Assembly: GCA_965228485.1 (NCBI GenBank)
Contig: OZ245819.1
Coordinates: forward strand, 360,001-392,000
Source: Candidatus Saccharimonadota bacterium
GTDB lineage: Bacteria > Patescibacteriota > Gracilibacteria > UBA4473
Length of the DNA stretch: 32,000 nt
Direction of reading: 5' to 3'
Positions 8,167-16,469 of the stretch are shown here, piece after piece. The stretch's first letter is position 1. The number at the start of each line of letters is the position of its first letter. A program made the translations under genes and the position numbers. Under the pieces are notes generated by a model that was not told the DNA's origin, searched no databases, and worked only from the letters and a program-made list of their open reading frames with translations.

Positions 8167-9354
8167 ATGAAAAACTTTTTTATCTTCGCTTTCACTCTTC
8201 TTAATATAGCCCTCCCAACGTCATCCTATGCATTATCTTTTGCTGAAGGAACCGTTTTTATTGATGCTGATACGGAGTCTGAGTGTAAATCTCTTGGTGG
8301 AGAATTTATGGAATGGGCAAATGAAACCTTTTGTACTCAAACGCCTCGAGATGAAATTCCATCTCCTTTTTCTGATATTCCAAGCAAGCATGAAAATGCT
8401 CAGGCTATTGACTATATGAAAACTCAGAAAATTATTGGTGGCTACCCTGATGGAACTTTTCAGGCTAAAAAACCTATCAATAGAGCTGAATTAACCAAAG
8501 TTGTTGTGGCTTTTAACTATGACGAGAGTGAAATTCAGTCTTGTGATCTTGATACCATTAAACTTTTAGATGTTAGTCAGGATGCCTGGTATGCTCCTTA
8601 TATTTGTTTGGCGAAAGCTAACAACATTGTCAAAGGTTATGACGATGGGACCTTTAAACCAGCTCAAAATGTAAACCTCGCTGAAGCCAGTAAAATCATG
8701 GGAAAAGGTGTTCGATCAAGCTTAAGTGATGGAAATGATATTTGGTTTAGACCTTATATGGAATATTTTTCAAATAAAAATGCCCTCCCTACTACTCTTA
8801 CCGCCTTTAATCAAAACCTTAATCGAGGCCAAGTGAGTGAAATGCTCTTCCGAGTGAAAGCAAGAGTATCCAATAAAGAATCTCTAAAATATGGAGAAGG
8901 TGCCTTATCTGCTCCAGAGGTGCCTGAAACTACTACTCCCCCACCGCTAGCTTGTGCGGCTTGTCCAGAAGGTACTATCTCAAAAGGCATGACTGACACT
9001 CGTTGTGGAACTTGTGAGCCCATTGAAGAACCTCAAGAATCCAATGCCGAATATCTTGAACTTAACACTGAGAATCTAGAAATTTATCTAGGAAAAAGAA
9101 AGATTGCTCTTTTCTTCCATGCCGATTGGTGTCCAAGCTGTCGAACCGCTAACACAGAAATTGCAGAAAATATAAAAACCTTCCCTAATGATACCGTAGT
9201 CCTTAAAGCTAACTTTGATACTGAGACAAAACTTCGAGAAAAATTTGGAATTACTCAACAACACTCTGTTGTCATCATCAATAAAAAGAATGAAGTAGTT
9301 CAAAAACTAGCCTACGGATTTACTATTGACCAATTAAAACTAGCTCTCAAGTAA
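8167..9354 (+). CDS. secreted SLH-domain protein with C-terminal thioredoxin-fold (WCPSC) domain
   Basis: Signal peptide 'MKNFFIFAFTLLNIALPTSSYA'. Two clear S-layer-homology repeats ('FSDIPSKHENAQAIDYMKTQKIIGGYPDGTFQAKKPINRAELTKVV' and 'LLDVSQDAWYAPYICLAKANNIVKGYDDGTFKPAQNVNLAEASKIM') plus a degenerate third. Then a Pro/Thr linker 'PEVPETTTPPP', a Cys-rich knot 'CAACPEGT..CGTC', and 'ALFFHADWCPSCRT' (thioredoxin-type CxxC). Confidence 0.8.
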   Translation: MKNFFIFAFTLLNIALPTSSYALSFAEGTVFIDADTESECKSLGGEFMEWANETFCTQTPRDEIPSPFSDIPSKHENAQAIDYMKTQKIIGGYPDGTFQAKKPINRAELTKVVVAFNYDESEIQSCDLDTIKLLDVSQDAWYAPYICLAKANNIVKGYDDGTFKPAQNVNLAEASKIMGKGVRSSLSDGNDIWFRPYMEYFSNKNALPTTLTAFNQNLNRGQVSEMLFRVKARVSNKESLKYGEGALSAPEVPETTTPPPLACAACPEGTISKGMTDTRCGTCEPIEEPQESNAEYLELNTENLEIYLGKRKIALFFHADWCPSCRTANTEIAENIKTFPNDTVVLKANFDTETKLREKFGITQQHSVVIINKKNEVVQKLAYGFTIDQLKLALK

Positions 9355-11151
9355 ATCTGCTAAGGAAGACTCTGATTTTTCTAAAACAGCTGCTGCCTGG
9401 TCCCATTCTGCATAAGCGACTATAAGTTTTTCGTGAATACGCTGATACTCAATTCCCAAATCCTCCATTTTTAGGCGGGCTCCCTGTCTTTCGGCGACTT
9501 TAAATTTTTCTTTATTCTCGGTAAGATCGTCTTCTATCTTTGCAATACGTTTTTCGATTTCATCGACAATTTTTTTATTGCGTCGACGGTCCTTTTCCAG
9601 TTGTTTTTTTTGCAATTTTAGATCATTGGTCACAACTCGCTTCTTCGGCTCACCTACAGATTCCTCAGCTTCATCTTGCCATCCTTTTTCTCTCAGAAAA
9701 TCATCATAACTTCCCTGAAAACCAAAAGGATAATCTCCCTCAAAAACAATAAATTTATTAGCGACCTGCCTCAAAACATCTTCATTATGAGAAACAAAGA
9801 CAATCCCTCCACTAAAATTTTTCATAGCTTGTATAAGGGCTTCAACGGACTCTAAGTCCAAATGGTTTGTTGGTTCATCTAAAAGTAATAAATGCCTTGG
9901 TTGAAGCATAACTTTCCCCAAAGCGACTCTATTTTTCTCCCCTCCAGAAAGAACTTCTATTTTTTTATACACCTCTCCTCCCCGAAACATAAGACTTCCA
10001 CACAATGCTCGTATAGAGGTTTCTGGCATATCTTTTACCGATTCTTGAAGCGTCTCTAGAATTGTCTTTTGAGATTCTAAGACTTTCTCATTAGATTGAT
10101 TGAAAATTACTTTTTGTAGATCAGGATGACACTTCAAACTCCCCGCTCTTAAAGATAAATCTTCTGATAGGCATTTTAGTAACGTCGATTTCCCTTTCCC
10201 ATTTTTTCCAATAATTGCCACCTTATCTCCAGGCTCAACTCGAAGATCAACTTTCGAAAATAAATCTTTTGTATCATAACCAAAGGTTAAATTTGTTCCT
10301 TGTATCATTCGATCACTATGAAACTCTAGAGCTTCAAATCTAAATTTTATTTGAGCGATAGCTTCTAATTTTTCTTTCTTCTCACGCTTTTCTAGAGCTT
10401 TAATTCGTGACTGCACAAGCCCCGCACTCCGAGCCCCAGCTCTAAATTCTCTAATAAATTTTTCTGTCTTCTGAGCCTTTTTTTCATCATTAAGCCGAGT
10501 CCTTTCATGAATCTCTTCCTCCTGTGAAATTTGTCTATAAATCTTACTCGTTGATCCCTCTAATTTCTTAATTCCTTGACGATGAATAGCCATTGTATGC
10601 GTCGTCACACTATCCATGAAATTTCTATCATGGGTAACCAGTAATAACTCCCCCTGCCATTCATTGAGGAAACGGGATAGCCAACGAAGTGAAACAATAT
10701 CAAGGTAATTTGTCGGCTCATCAAGCAATAATAAATCAGGCTCTCCTAAAAGTGTTTTAGCCAATTGAATCCTTATTTGATATCCCCCAGAAAAATCCTC
10801 TGGGGCTTTTTTTAGGTCTTCATTTTTGAATCCCAATCCATGCAACATTTTTTCAGCTCTCCAGAGATCGTGCTTTTGATGCTCCCGAAGCCCCAAAGCC
10901 GCTTCTTCTACAATATTGGGCCGAGTAAAGTTGAGATGTTGTTCCAAATACCCCACAACATAGTGCTCGGGCTTCATTATTTCTCCTTCGTCTGGAGCAT
11001 CTTTCCCGAGAATTATATTCAGTAGAGTCGTTTTCCCATGACCATTTCTTCCAACAAGACCTACTCGTTCCCCTGCATTAATATGAAAGGTAACTTCGTC
11101 CAGAAGTACTTGGCTCCCAAAAGACTTAGTCACAGATTTACACTGAATCAT
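9340..11151 (-). CDS. ABC-F family ATPase (two ABC cassettes, no TM domain; EttA/Uup-like)
   Basis: Walker A 'GRNGHGKTT' and 'GKNGKGKST'. Signatures 'FSGGYQIR' and 'LSGGEKNR'. Walker B 'LLLLDEPTN' occurs twice. The C-terminal tail is Lys/Glu-rich and coiled-coil-like. Confidence 0.9.
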   Translation of the reverse strand: MIQCKSVTKSFGSQVLLDEVTFHINAGERVGLVGRNGHGKTTLLNIILGKDAPDEGEIMKPEHYVVGYLEQHLNFTRPNIVEEAALGLREHQKHDLWRAEKMLHGLGFKNEDLKKAPEDFSGGYQIRIQLAKTLLGEPDLLLLDEPTNYLDIVSLRWLSRFLNEWQGELLLVTHDRNFMDSVTTHTMAIHRQGIKKLEGSTSKIYRQISQEEEIHERTRLNDEKKAQKTEKFIREFRAGARSAGLVQSRIKALEKREKKEKLEAIAQIKFRFEALEFHSDRMIQGTNLTFGYDTKDLFSKVDLRVEPGDKVAIIGKNGKGKSTLLKCLSEDLSLRAGSLKCHPDLQKVIFNQSNEKVLESQKTILETLQESVKDMPETSIRALCGSLMFRGGEVYKKIEVLSGGEKNRVALGKVMLQPRHLLLLDEPTNHLDLESVEALIQAMKNFSGGIVFVSHNEDVLRQVANKFIVFEGDYPFGFQGSYDDFLREKGWQDEAEESVGEPKKRVVTNDLKLQKKQLEKDRRRNKKIVDEIEKRIAKIEDDLTENKEKFKVAERQGARLKMEDLGIEYQRIHEKLIVAYAEWDQAAAVLEKSESSLADLLES

Positions 11152-11206
11152 CAGATAAATTTATAACTAAATTTTTTCTAAATTAAACTAAATTACTCAA
11201 AGAAGA

Positions 11207-11956
11207 TTAATTTTCTCCACCACAATACCACTCTGGATCATGGACTCTTATAGCCCAAGCTCCTGAATCAGCTGAAATTTTACCAGCCGCTATATTGGGT
11301 TTGCTTTCGAAGCGATTTTCTCCTAAAAATCGTTTTTTAGAGTGTCCAATAAGAACTTTAAAATCTGGTACTAAAGCCGCAAATCCCAAAAGTTTTTCAT
11401 TAAGTTCCTGAGTTTTTCCAAAGCCGATTCCCGGATCTAGAACAATATTTTTAGGGCTAATACCATATAAAATCATCTTTTCAGCTTTAAACATCAAATC
11501 ATCCATCACCTTTGTTTCTGAATCAATCGATTGACGGTGGACTTCCTCGATAGTCTTTCCTGGAAAGTGATTTACAATACAAAGAGCATCAAATTCTGCC
11601 GCAAGCTCCAGCATCATAGGATCCTGAAAACCTGAAACGTCATTAATAATCATCCCTCCAAGTTCTAAATATTTCTGAACCGTATAAGGATTCTTACTAT
11701 CAAGAGAAATTTCTCCTGGGAAAGTCTCCAAAAGATGTTCTAAAACCTCCCCTACCCTTCCCCACTCTTCTTCAGGGGTAATCGCTTTAGCTCCAGGTCT
11801 CGTAGACTCTCCTCCAACATCCACATAAGTGGCCCCATTATCAAACAAAATCTGAGCCCTTTCAATCGCCGTTTTTGGTGTCAAAAACATTCCTCCGTCT
11901 GAGAAACTATCAGGCGTAATGTTCAAAATGCCAAAAATTTCGACTGGCGTTTTCAC
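11207..11956 (-). CDS. folP: dihydropteroate synthase
   Basis: 'GILNITPDSFSDGG' and 'VDVGGESTRPGA' are DHPS pterin-binding motifs. GTG start at 11956. Confidence 0.9.
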   Translation of the reverse strand: MKTPVEIFGILNITPDSFSDGGMFLTPKTAIERAQILFDNGATYVDVGGESTRPGAKAITPEEEWGRVGEVLEHLLETFPGEISLDSKNPYTVQKYLELGGMIINDVSGFQDPMMLELAAEFDALCIVNHFPGKTIEEVHRQSIDSETKVMDDLMFKAEKMILYGISPKNIVLDPGIGFGKTQELNEKLLGFAALVPDFKVLIGHSKKRFLGENRFESKPNIAAGKISADSGAWAIRVHDPEWYCGGEN

Positions 11957-11991
11957 ATCAAGACACTAAGATAATCTGGAATCAAAATCAA

Positions 11992-12255
11992 ATGAATCAC
12001 ATTGAGATTATCGGTTATATTGCGACAGCGCTAATCATGGTAGCGTTTCTTCCTCAAGCCTGGCAAGTATGGCGAACAAAATCTGTAGAAGACATCTCTC
12101 TGCCTACCTACGCCATCCTTATCTGTGGAGCGGTAGCTTGGACAACCTATGGTTACCTACGCGGAGACAATCCAATTATTTTGACAAATGTTGTACTCTT
12201 TGTAGTACAAGGATCAATTGTATACTGTAAACTTAAATACGGGAAAGCGTCATGA
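11992..12255 (+). CDS. SemiSWEET / PQ-loop 3-TM sugar transporter (87 aa)
   Basis: Three TM helices with the PQ motif 'FLPQAWQVWRTKS' after TM1. Size and topology fit bacterial SemiSWEETs. The stop overlaps the tmk start (ATGA). Confidence 0.75.
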   Translation: MNHIEIIGYIATALIMVAFLPQAWQVWRTKSVEDISLPTYAILICGAVAWTTYGYLRGDNPIILTNVVLFVVQGSIVYCKLKYGKAS

Positions 12256-12917
12256 AAGCACCGATTATCGTACTTGAAGGATTAGATGCTTGTGGTAAAT
12301 CTACCCAGACTGAGTTACTAATGGACAACCTTGCTAAAAAGGGACTTCAGGCAGGATGGAAAAGGTTTCCAGGGTATGAAGAAACTACCGCAGGAAAAAG
12401 AATCGCCGCTTACCTAAGAGGAGAGCTTGGTGACTTTCATCAAATTGATCCTAAAATGATTGCGAGCCTTTATGCCGCTGATCGACTGGCACAGATTGAA
12501 TCAGTTGAAAAACTACGAGATGAAAATGAAGTAGTTATTTTTGATCGAGGTGTAACCTCAAACCTGATCTATACACCAGCCAGAGGCAAGAACATTGGTG
12601 AAACAGAAGCTCTCGCAGAATATGTTGAAAAACTAGAATATGATGTGTTTGGTTTTCCACGAGAAAGCTTAGTAATTTTTCTTGAAGCCTCTCGAGAAGC
12701 GCGTGAAAAAATCCATGCTGCAAAAGGACGAACCACGGACCTCCATGAATCGGATGACGAATACTTACAAAAAGTTCGTGAAGTAGCTTTAGAAAGATGT
12801 GAAAAAGATTTCAGATGGCAAAAAATTAACGTTGATGCTTCTGGGGAACTTCGACGCAGAGATGAAATTGGAGAAGAAATTCTGAGTTTAGTCTTGGAAA
12901 AATTACAGAAAAAATAG
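12252..12917 (+). CDS. tmk: thymidylate kinase
   Basis: P-loop 'IVLEGLDACGKSTQ', then 'YAADR' (DR motif region). Length of 221 aa is typical. Confidence 0.85.
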   Translation: MKAPIIVLEGLDACGKSTQTELLMDNLAKKGLQAGWKRFPGYEETTAGKRIAAYLRGELGDFHQIDPKMIASLYAADRLAQIESVEKLRDENEVVIFDRGVTSNLIYTPARGKNIGETEALAEYVEKLEYDVFGFPRESLVIFLEASREAREKIHAAKGRTTDLHESDDEYLQKVREVALERCEKDFRWQKINVDASGELRRRDEIGEEILSLVLEKLQKK

Positions 12918-12928
12918 AATATAAAGCT

Positions 12929-13429
12929 ATGCTGAATCACATAGCTGAATTTTTCGGACTCAAAGAAGATGCCTGGATAAAACATTCCAACCCATGGAGT
13001 GTTTGGACGAGAGTTATTACTCTGCCATTTTTGACTATTGCCATTTGGAGTCACATATGGATTGGATATTGGGCGCTTGTTCCCATTCTTATTTGTGTAG
13101 TTTGGATAAAAATTAATCCTGTTTTTTTCTCAAAACCCAAAAGCACTAAAAATTGGTCTTCAAAATCAGTTCTTGGAGAAAGAGTTTGGCTTAACAAAAA
13201 AACACATCCCATTCCTAATCATCACCAACGTTTCGCTGTTATATTAAGCATCATTGCTTTTATAGGATTAATTATTTGGGGCTATGGACTTTATAGCAAA
13301 AACCTTGAATTCACGATTATGGGTCTAATTCTTATCTATACAGGAAAAATGTGGTTTCTTGATCGGATGGTTTGGCTTTTTGAAGATATGAAAAAACAGA
13401 TTCCTGAATATCAAAAATGGGAGTATTAA
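12929..13429 (+). CDS. conserved-looking integral membrane protein, function unknown (166 aa)
   Basis: Four hydrophobic segments and Trp-rich motifs ('NPWSVWTRV', 'GKMWFLDRMVWL'). No secure family assignment. Confidence 0.55.
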   Translation: MLNHIAEFFGLKEDAWIKHSNPWSVWTRVITLPFLTIAIWSHIWIGYWALVPILICVVWIKINPVFFSKPKSTKNWSSKSVLGERVWLNKKTHPIPNHHQRFAVILSIIAFIGLIIWGYGLYSKNLEFTIMGLILIYTGKMWFLDRMVWLFEDMKKQIPEYQKWEY

Positions 13430-13783
13430 TTCCAGAATTCTTCTGTCGCCCCTTTCCAATGGATGTAATAAGGGATGTTTTTTTCTCGTGCCACAATAGC
13501 ACTATGAGACATTACCCCCCCCTTGTTCTAAAACGATTCCTGAAAATTTATCCATTTCCAATATACAACTATTTTCAAAATAAGGGGCGACAAGGACACA
13601 GCCTTCTGAGAAAATTCCACGGAAAGATTCAACGGTATTCAGTTCCACGGATGTGAACCCATTAGCTCTTCGGTAGTTTTTGAGGTTCATTGAAAGTTCC
13701 TCTAACAAATTTCGTTTCCAGATTCTTAAAGCCACATCTTCTTCCACTTGAAAAATGGTTTCGACATCCCATAACTCTCCCAC
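13426..13783 (-). pseudogene. frameshifted stand-alone PEP-utilising-enzyme mobile (phosphohistidine swivel) domain
   Basis: Tracked ORF 13783->13502 ends '...FSGIVLEQGGGNVS*'. The adjacent frame continues 13509->13426 as 'SHSAIVAREKNIPYYIHWKGATEEFWN*'. Skipping one base at ~13507 yields 'GGGNVHSAIVARE', which fits the PEP-utiliser phosphorylation-site pattern G-[GA]-x-[TN]-x-H-[STA]-[STAV]-[LIVM](2)-[STAV]-[RG]. No ATP-grasp or PEP-binding domains flank it. Confidence 0.7.
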
Positions 13784-13952
13784 AAGATGCTATTTCTCTT
13801 CAATGGGTTGCTGGTATTCATTCAAAAAGATCAAACTTCCCATACAAAAATTGAAAGCCTAAATAAACTATCTCAAACCAAATCATTTACTTTACTATAA
13901 AGCAAAACCCACTAAAGTCATGACGATTTTTATTGATTAATATTTCAATACT

Positions 13953-14804
13953 ATGAGTGCTCAAATAATTTCTGGAAAAGACATCGCTGAAAAAATCTTA
14001 GAAAAAGAACTTGTTCCTCGAGTTCAAGAATTGAACAAAAAAAATGTTCAACCAAAATTAGTGGTTATCCTTATTGGAGAACACCCAGCTTCGGCTAGTT
14101 ATGTTCGACAAAAAGAAAAATTTGCAGAGAAAGCTGGAATTATTGCTGAAACTTGGAGATACGAAGATTCTGTAAGTGAAGCTGAAATCCTCAGTGAAAT
14201 TGAAAAGATCAATCAGGATGAAGATATTCACGGAGTTATCGTTCAACTTCCTGTGCCTGACCACATCTCTGTGGAAAAAATTCTACGAGCGATCGATCCC
14301 TCTAAAGATGTCGATGGTTTTACTCCTGAAAATGTTGGTAAACTTTTCTTAGGAGAGCCTTGTTTGGAGTGTTGTACTCCCAAAGGCGTTATCCGAATGA
14401 TTGAGGAATCTGGAGAAGAATTAAGCGGAAAACATGTAGTCGTTATTGGACGATCAAACATTGTTGGGAAGCCTGTATCCGTTTTAGCACTGAATAAAAA
14501 TGCTACTGTAACTATTTGTCATTCTCGAACAAAAAATCTTGATGAACAAATTGCTAAAGCCGATATCTTGATTGTTGCGGTTGGACGACCCGAGATGATC
14601 CATGGCGATCAAATCCCAGAAGGATGTACCGTTATTGATGTTGGAATTCATCGAAAAGATGAAGGTGGTTTGTGCGGAGACGTTCACTTTAAAAGTGCTA
14701 AAGAAAAAGCGAGAGCTATTTCTCCAGTACCTGGTGGAGTCGGTCCAATGACGGTTTTCTGTCTTATCGAAAACACTATCGAGGCGGCTGAAAAACTGAG
14801 CTAA
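13953..14804 (+). CDS. folD: bifunctional methylenetetrahydrofolate dehydrogenase / methenyl-THF cyclohydrolase
   Basis: 'PASASYVRQKEK', 'HGVIVQLPVP', 'GRSNIVGKPV' and 'SPVPGGVGPMT' are the canonical FolD motifs. 283 aa. Confidence 0.93.
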   Translation: MSAQIISGKDIAEKILEKELVPRVQELNKKNVQPKLVVILIGEHPASASYVRQKEKFAEKAGIIAETWRYEDSVSEAEILSEIEKINQDEDIHGVIVQLPVPDHISVEKILRAIDPSKDVDGFTPENVGKLFLGEPCLECCTPKGVIRMIEESGEELSGKHVVVIGRSNIVGKPVSVLALNKNATVTICHSRTKNLDEQIAKADILIVAVGRPEMIHGDQIPEGCTVIDVGIHRKDEGGLCGDVHFKSAKEKARAISPVPGGVGPMTVFCLIENTIEAAEKLS

Positions 14805-14851
14805 AAAAATAAATACAAACACTCATTTATTAAAATCATAAATATCATTAC

Positions 14852-15619
14852 ATGAGTGAAAATTTCGAATTAAATATCTCTGAACGAGAAGGACATCCTT
14901 GCTTGTACCTTCATGGACTTGGAAGTCCTGACCCTATTTCTCCTGAAGTAGAATCTGCTATTTCTCACCTTGGATACGCCGTATCTAACCAGTGGAGAAA
15001 TGATCAAGAAGTCTTAAACAGTACCAACCCAGCCGAATTGTTACAGACAGAAATAGCTCAAGCTATTGATAGTATTGCTCAAAGCTCTGGTGAAAAAGTT
15101 ACAGTCGTAGGAAATAGCCTGGGAAGCTACTTAGCACTCCTCGGAGCCGCGAAAGTAGCGAAACATATTCGTGGTATTTTAGGAACTGATGCGTTCCTAA
15201 CCCCGAACCATGGGTTTCAACAAATGAGAGATATGACGATATCTATGGCAGATGATATTAAAGAAGCTATAGCCGAAGACCATGGGATACTTTCACCATT
15301 TGACGAACTGCCTGAAAGACTAAAAGAAGCTCAAAAAAACAGTGCATATCCAGTACCACTGGTTAATGATCGATGGATTACACTCCCAGATGACCTTGCT
15401 AGTAAATTTAGACCAATAAACGAAATATCAGGCATAAAAAAAATCAAATCTCCAATTCATTTGATATGGGGAAAAGAAGATCCTTTTGTTATTAAATCTC
15501 CAATAGAATTAATCCCTGGAGATGTATCTGGTCTAGAACTTTCTGATTGTAATCACAATGAATGGAAAGAAAATGATAGAGCTAAAACCTCGGCTTTGGA
15601 ATTCCTATCAACGCTTTAG
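14852..15619 (+). CDS. alpha/beta-fold hydrolase, substrate unknown
   Basis: 'LYLHGLGS' and the nucleophile elbow 'VVGNSLGSYLAL' (G-x-S-x-G). The C-terminal 'DCNHNEW' could supply the catalytic His. Confidence 0.65.
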   Translation: MSENFELNISEREGHPCLYLHGLGSPDPISPEVESAISHLGYAVSNQWRNDQEVLNSTNPAELLQTEIAQAIDSIAQSSGEKVTVVGNSLGSYLALLGAAKVAKHIRGILGTDAFLTPNHGFQQMRDMTISMADDIKEAIAEDHGILSPFDELPERLKEAQKNSAYPVPLVNDRWITLPDDLASKFRPINEISGIKKIKSPIHLIWGKEDPFVIKSPIELIPGDVSGLELSDCNHNEWKENDRAKTSALEFLSTL

Positions 15620-16434
15620 TGATCATCAGGACGAACTCCTAGAGGATTTCCGCAATTCTTACAGAATTTAGCGTCGAAGTCATGACGTGGAAAATGGCAG
15701 TAATAACAAACATGATTTCTCTTTCCAAAAAAATGATCAATAAACATCTTGGTAATAATGGCCGTAAAGATAGCGATTACGCCAAGCCCCATGAACATCA
15801 TAATGGCTGCTAAGGCTTTCCCAGGGAAAGTCACTGGAACAATATCCCCATACCCCACTGTTGAAATCGTCACAAATGCCCACCAGATGGCATCCGGGAG
15901 TGATTGAATTTCAGGGTTCACATCTCGCTCTAAATAATATAGTCCACTCGCGGATAAAATCAGAGACACAATGAGGGTAAGGGCGAAGATCTTAAATTCG
16001 TTGTAGTAATTTCTAAATGATTTAAAGAAATCAACCAGTACTTCTGAATAACGAAAGATTTTGAGAAGCTGTAAAATTTTTAATACTCTAAAACTCCGTA
16101 GGAATGTAAAGTTTGTAACCGAAAGATAAAACGTCAGAATCACAAACAGGTCGATTAATGCCAAAGGAGAAAGCACATAACGCCCTTTCCTTGGCGAAAG
16201 ATAAAAACGAATTAGATATTCAATGGCAAATATTGATACCACAAACATATCAAACTGATGAAAGTAGTGTTCGTATTTATGCCCGATCTCCGTCGTTTCA
16301 AAAATAAACATCCCAATTGACATGATGATCAATGTTACGAGGAAAAATCCTATGCGTCTCCCCCACTTTGATTCATGATTCTCAAAAGCCTCTTCTAACC
16401 AGACTCTAACAGATGATTCTTTTGCAAAACTCAT
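15616..16434 (-). CDS. 6-TM voltage-gated-type K+ channel with C-terminal zinc ribbon
   Basis: Selectivity filter 'TVGYGD' at nt 15844-15861. S4-like helix 'FLRSFRVLKILQLLKIFRY' has basic residues every third position. The cytosolic tail 'CYYC-x11-CKNC' (nt 15652-15708) is a CxxC...CxxC zinc ribbon. Confidence 0.85.
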   Translation of the reverse strand: MSFAKESSVRVWLEEAFENHESKWGRRIGFFLVTLIIMSIGMFIFETTEIGHKYEHYFHQFDMFVVSIFAIEYLIRFYLSPRKGRYVLSPLALIDLFVILTFYLSVTNFTFLRSFRVLKILQLLKIFRYSEVLVDFFKSFRNYYNEFKIFALTLIVSLILSASGLYYLERDVNPEIQSLPDAIWWAFVTISTVGYGDIVPVTFPGKALAAIMMFMGLGVIAIFTAIITKMFIDHFFGKRNHVCYYCHFPRHDFDAKFCKNCGNPLGVRPDDH

Positions 16435-16469
16435 TATTCAAATTCTAGTATAAAATTAAAAAATTGTCA

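Noticed and set aside
12569-13054. 161-aa minus-strand ORF and other antisense ORFs (for example 14058-14822 opposite folD, 24315-24652 opposite sufB, and 23162-23455)
   Set aside because: All are embedded opposite genes with strong family motifs and give Ser/Arg/Phe-rich featureless translations. They are shadow ORFs.
13515-13522. G8/C8 homopolymer as the frameshift site or a phase-variation switch
   Set aside because: Restoring the frame at the tract gives 'GGVMSHSAIVAR', which breaks the [TN] position of the phosphorylation-site pattern. Removing one base at ~13507 gives a perfect match instead. The tract simply encodes Gly-Gly-Gly. It remains a place where sequencing error should be checked.
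13417-13656. 79-aa plus-strand ORF overlapping the PEP-utiliser remnant
   Set aside because: The opposite strand carries a recognisable conserved motif (GGGNV-HSAIVARE). The plus-strand translation has no features and overlaps the end of the preceding gene.
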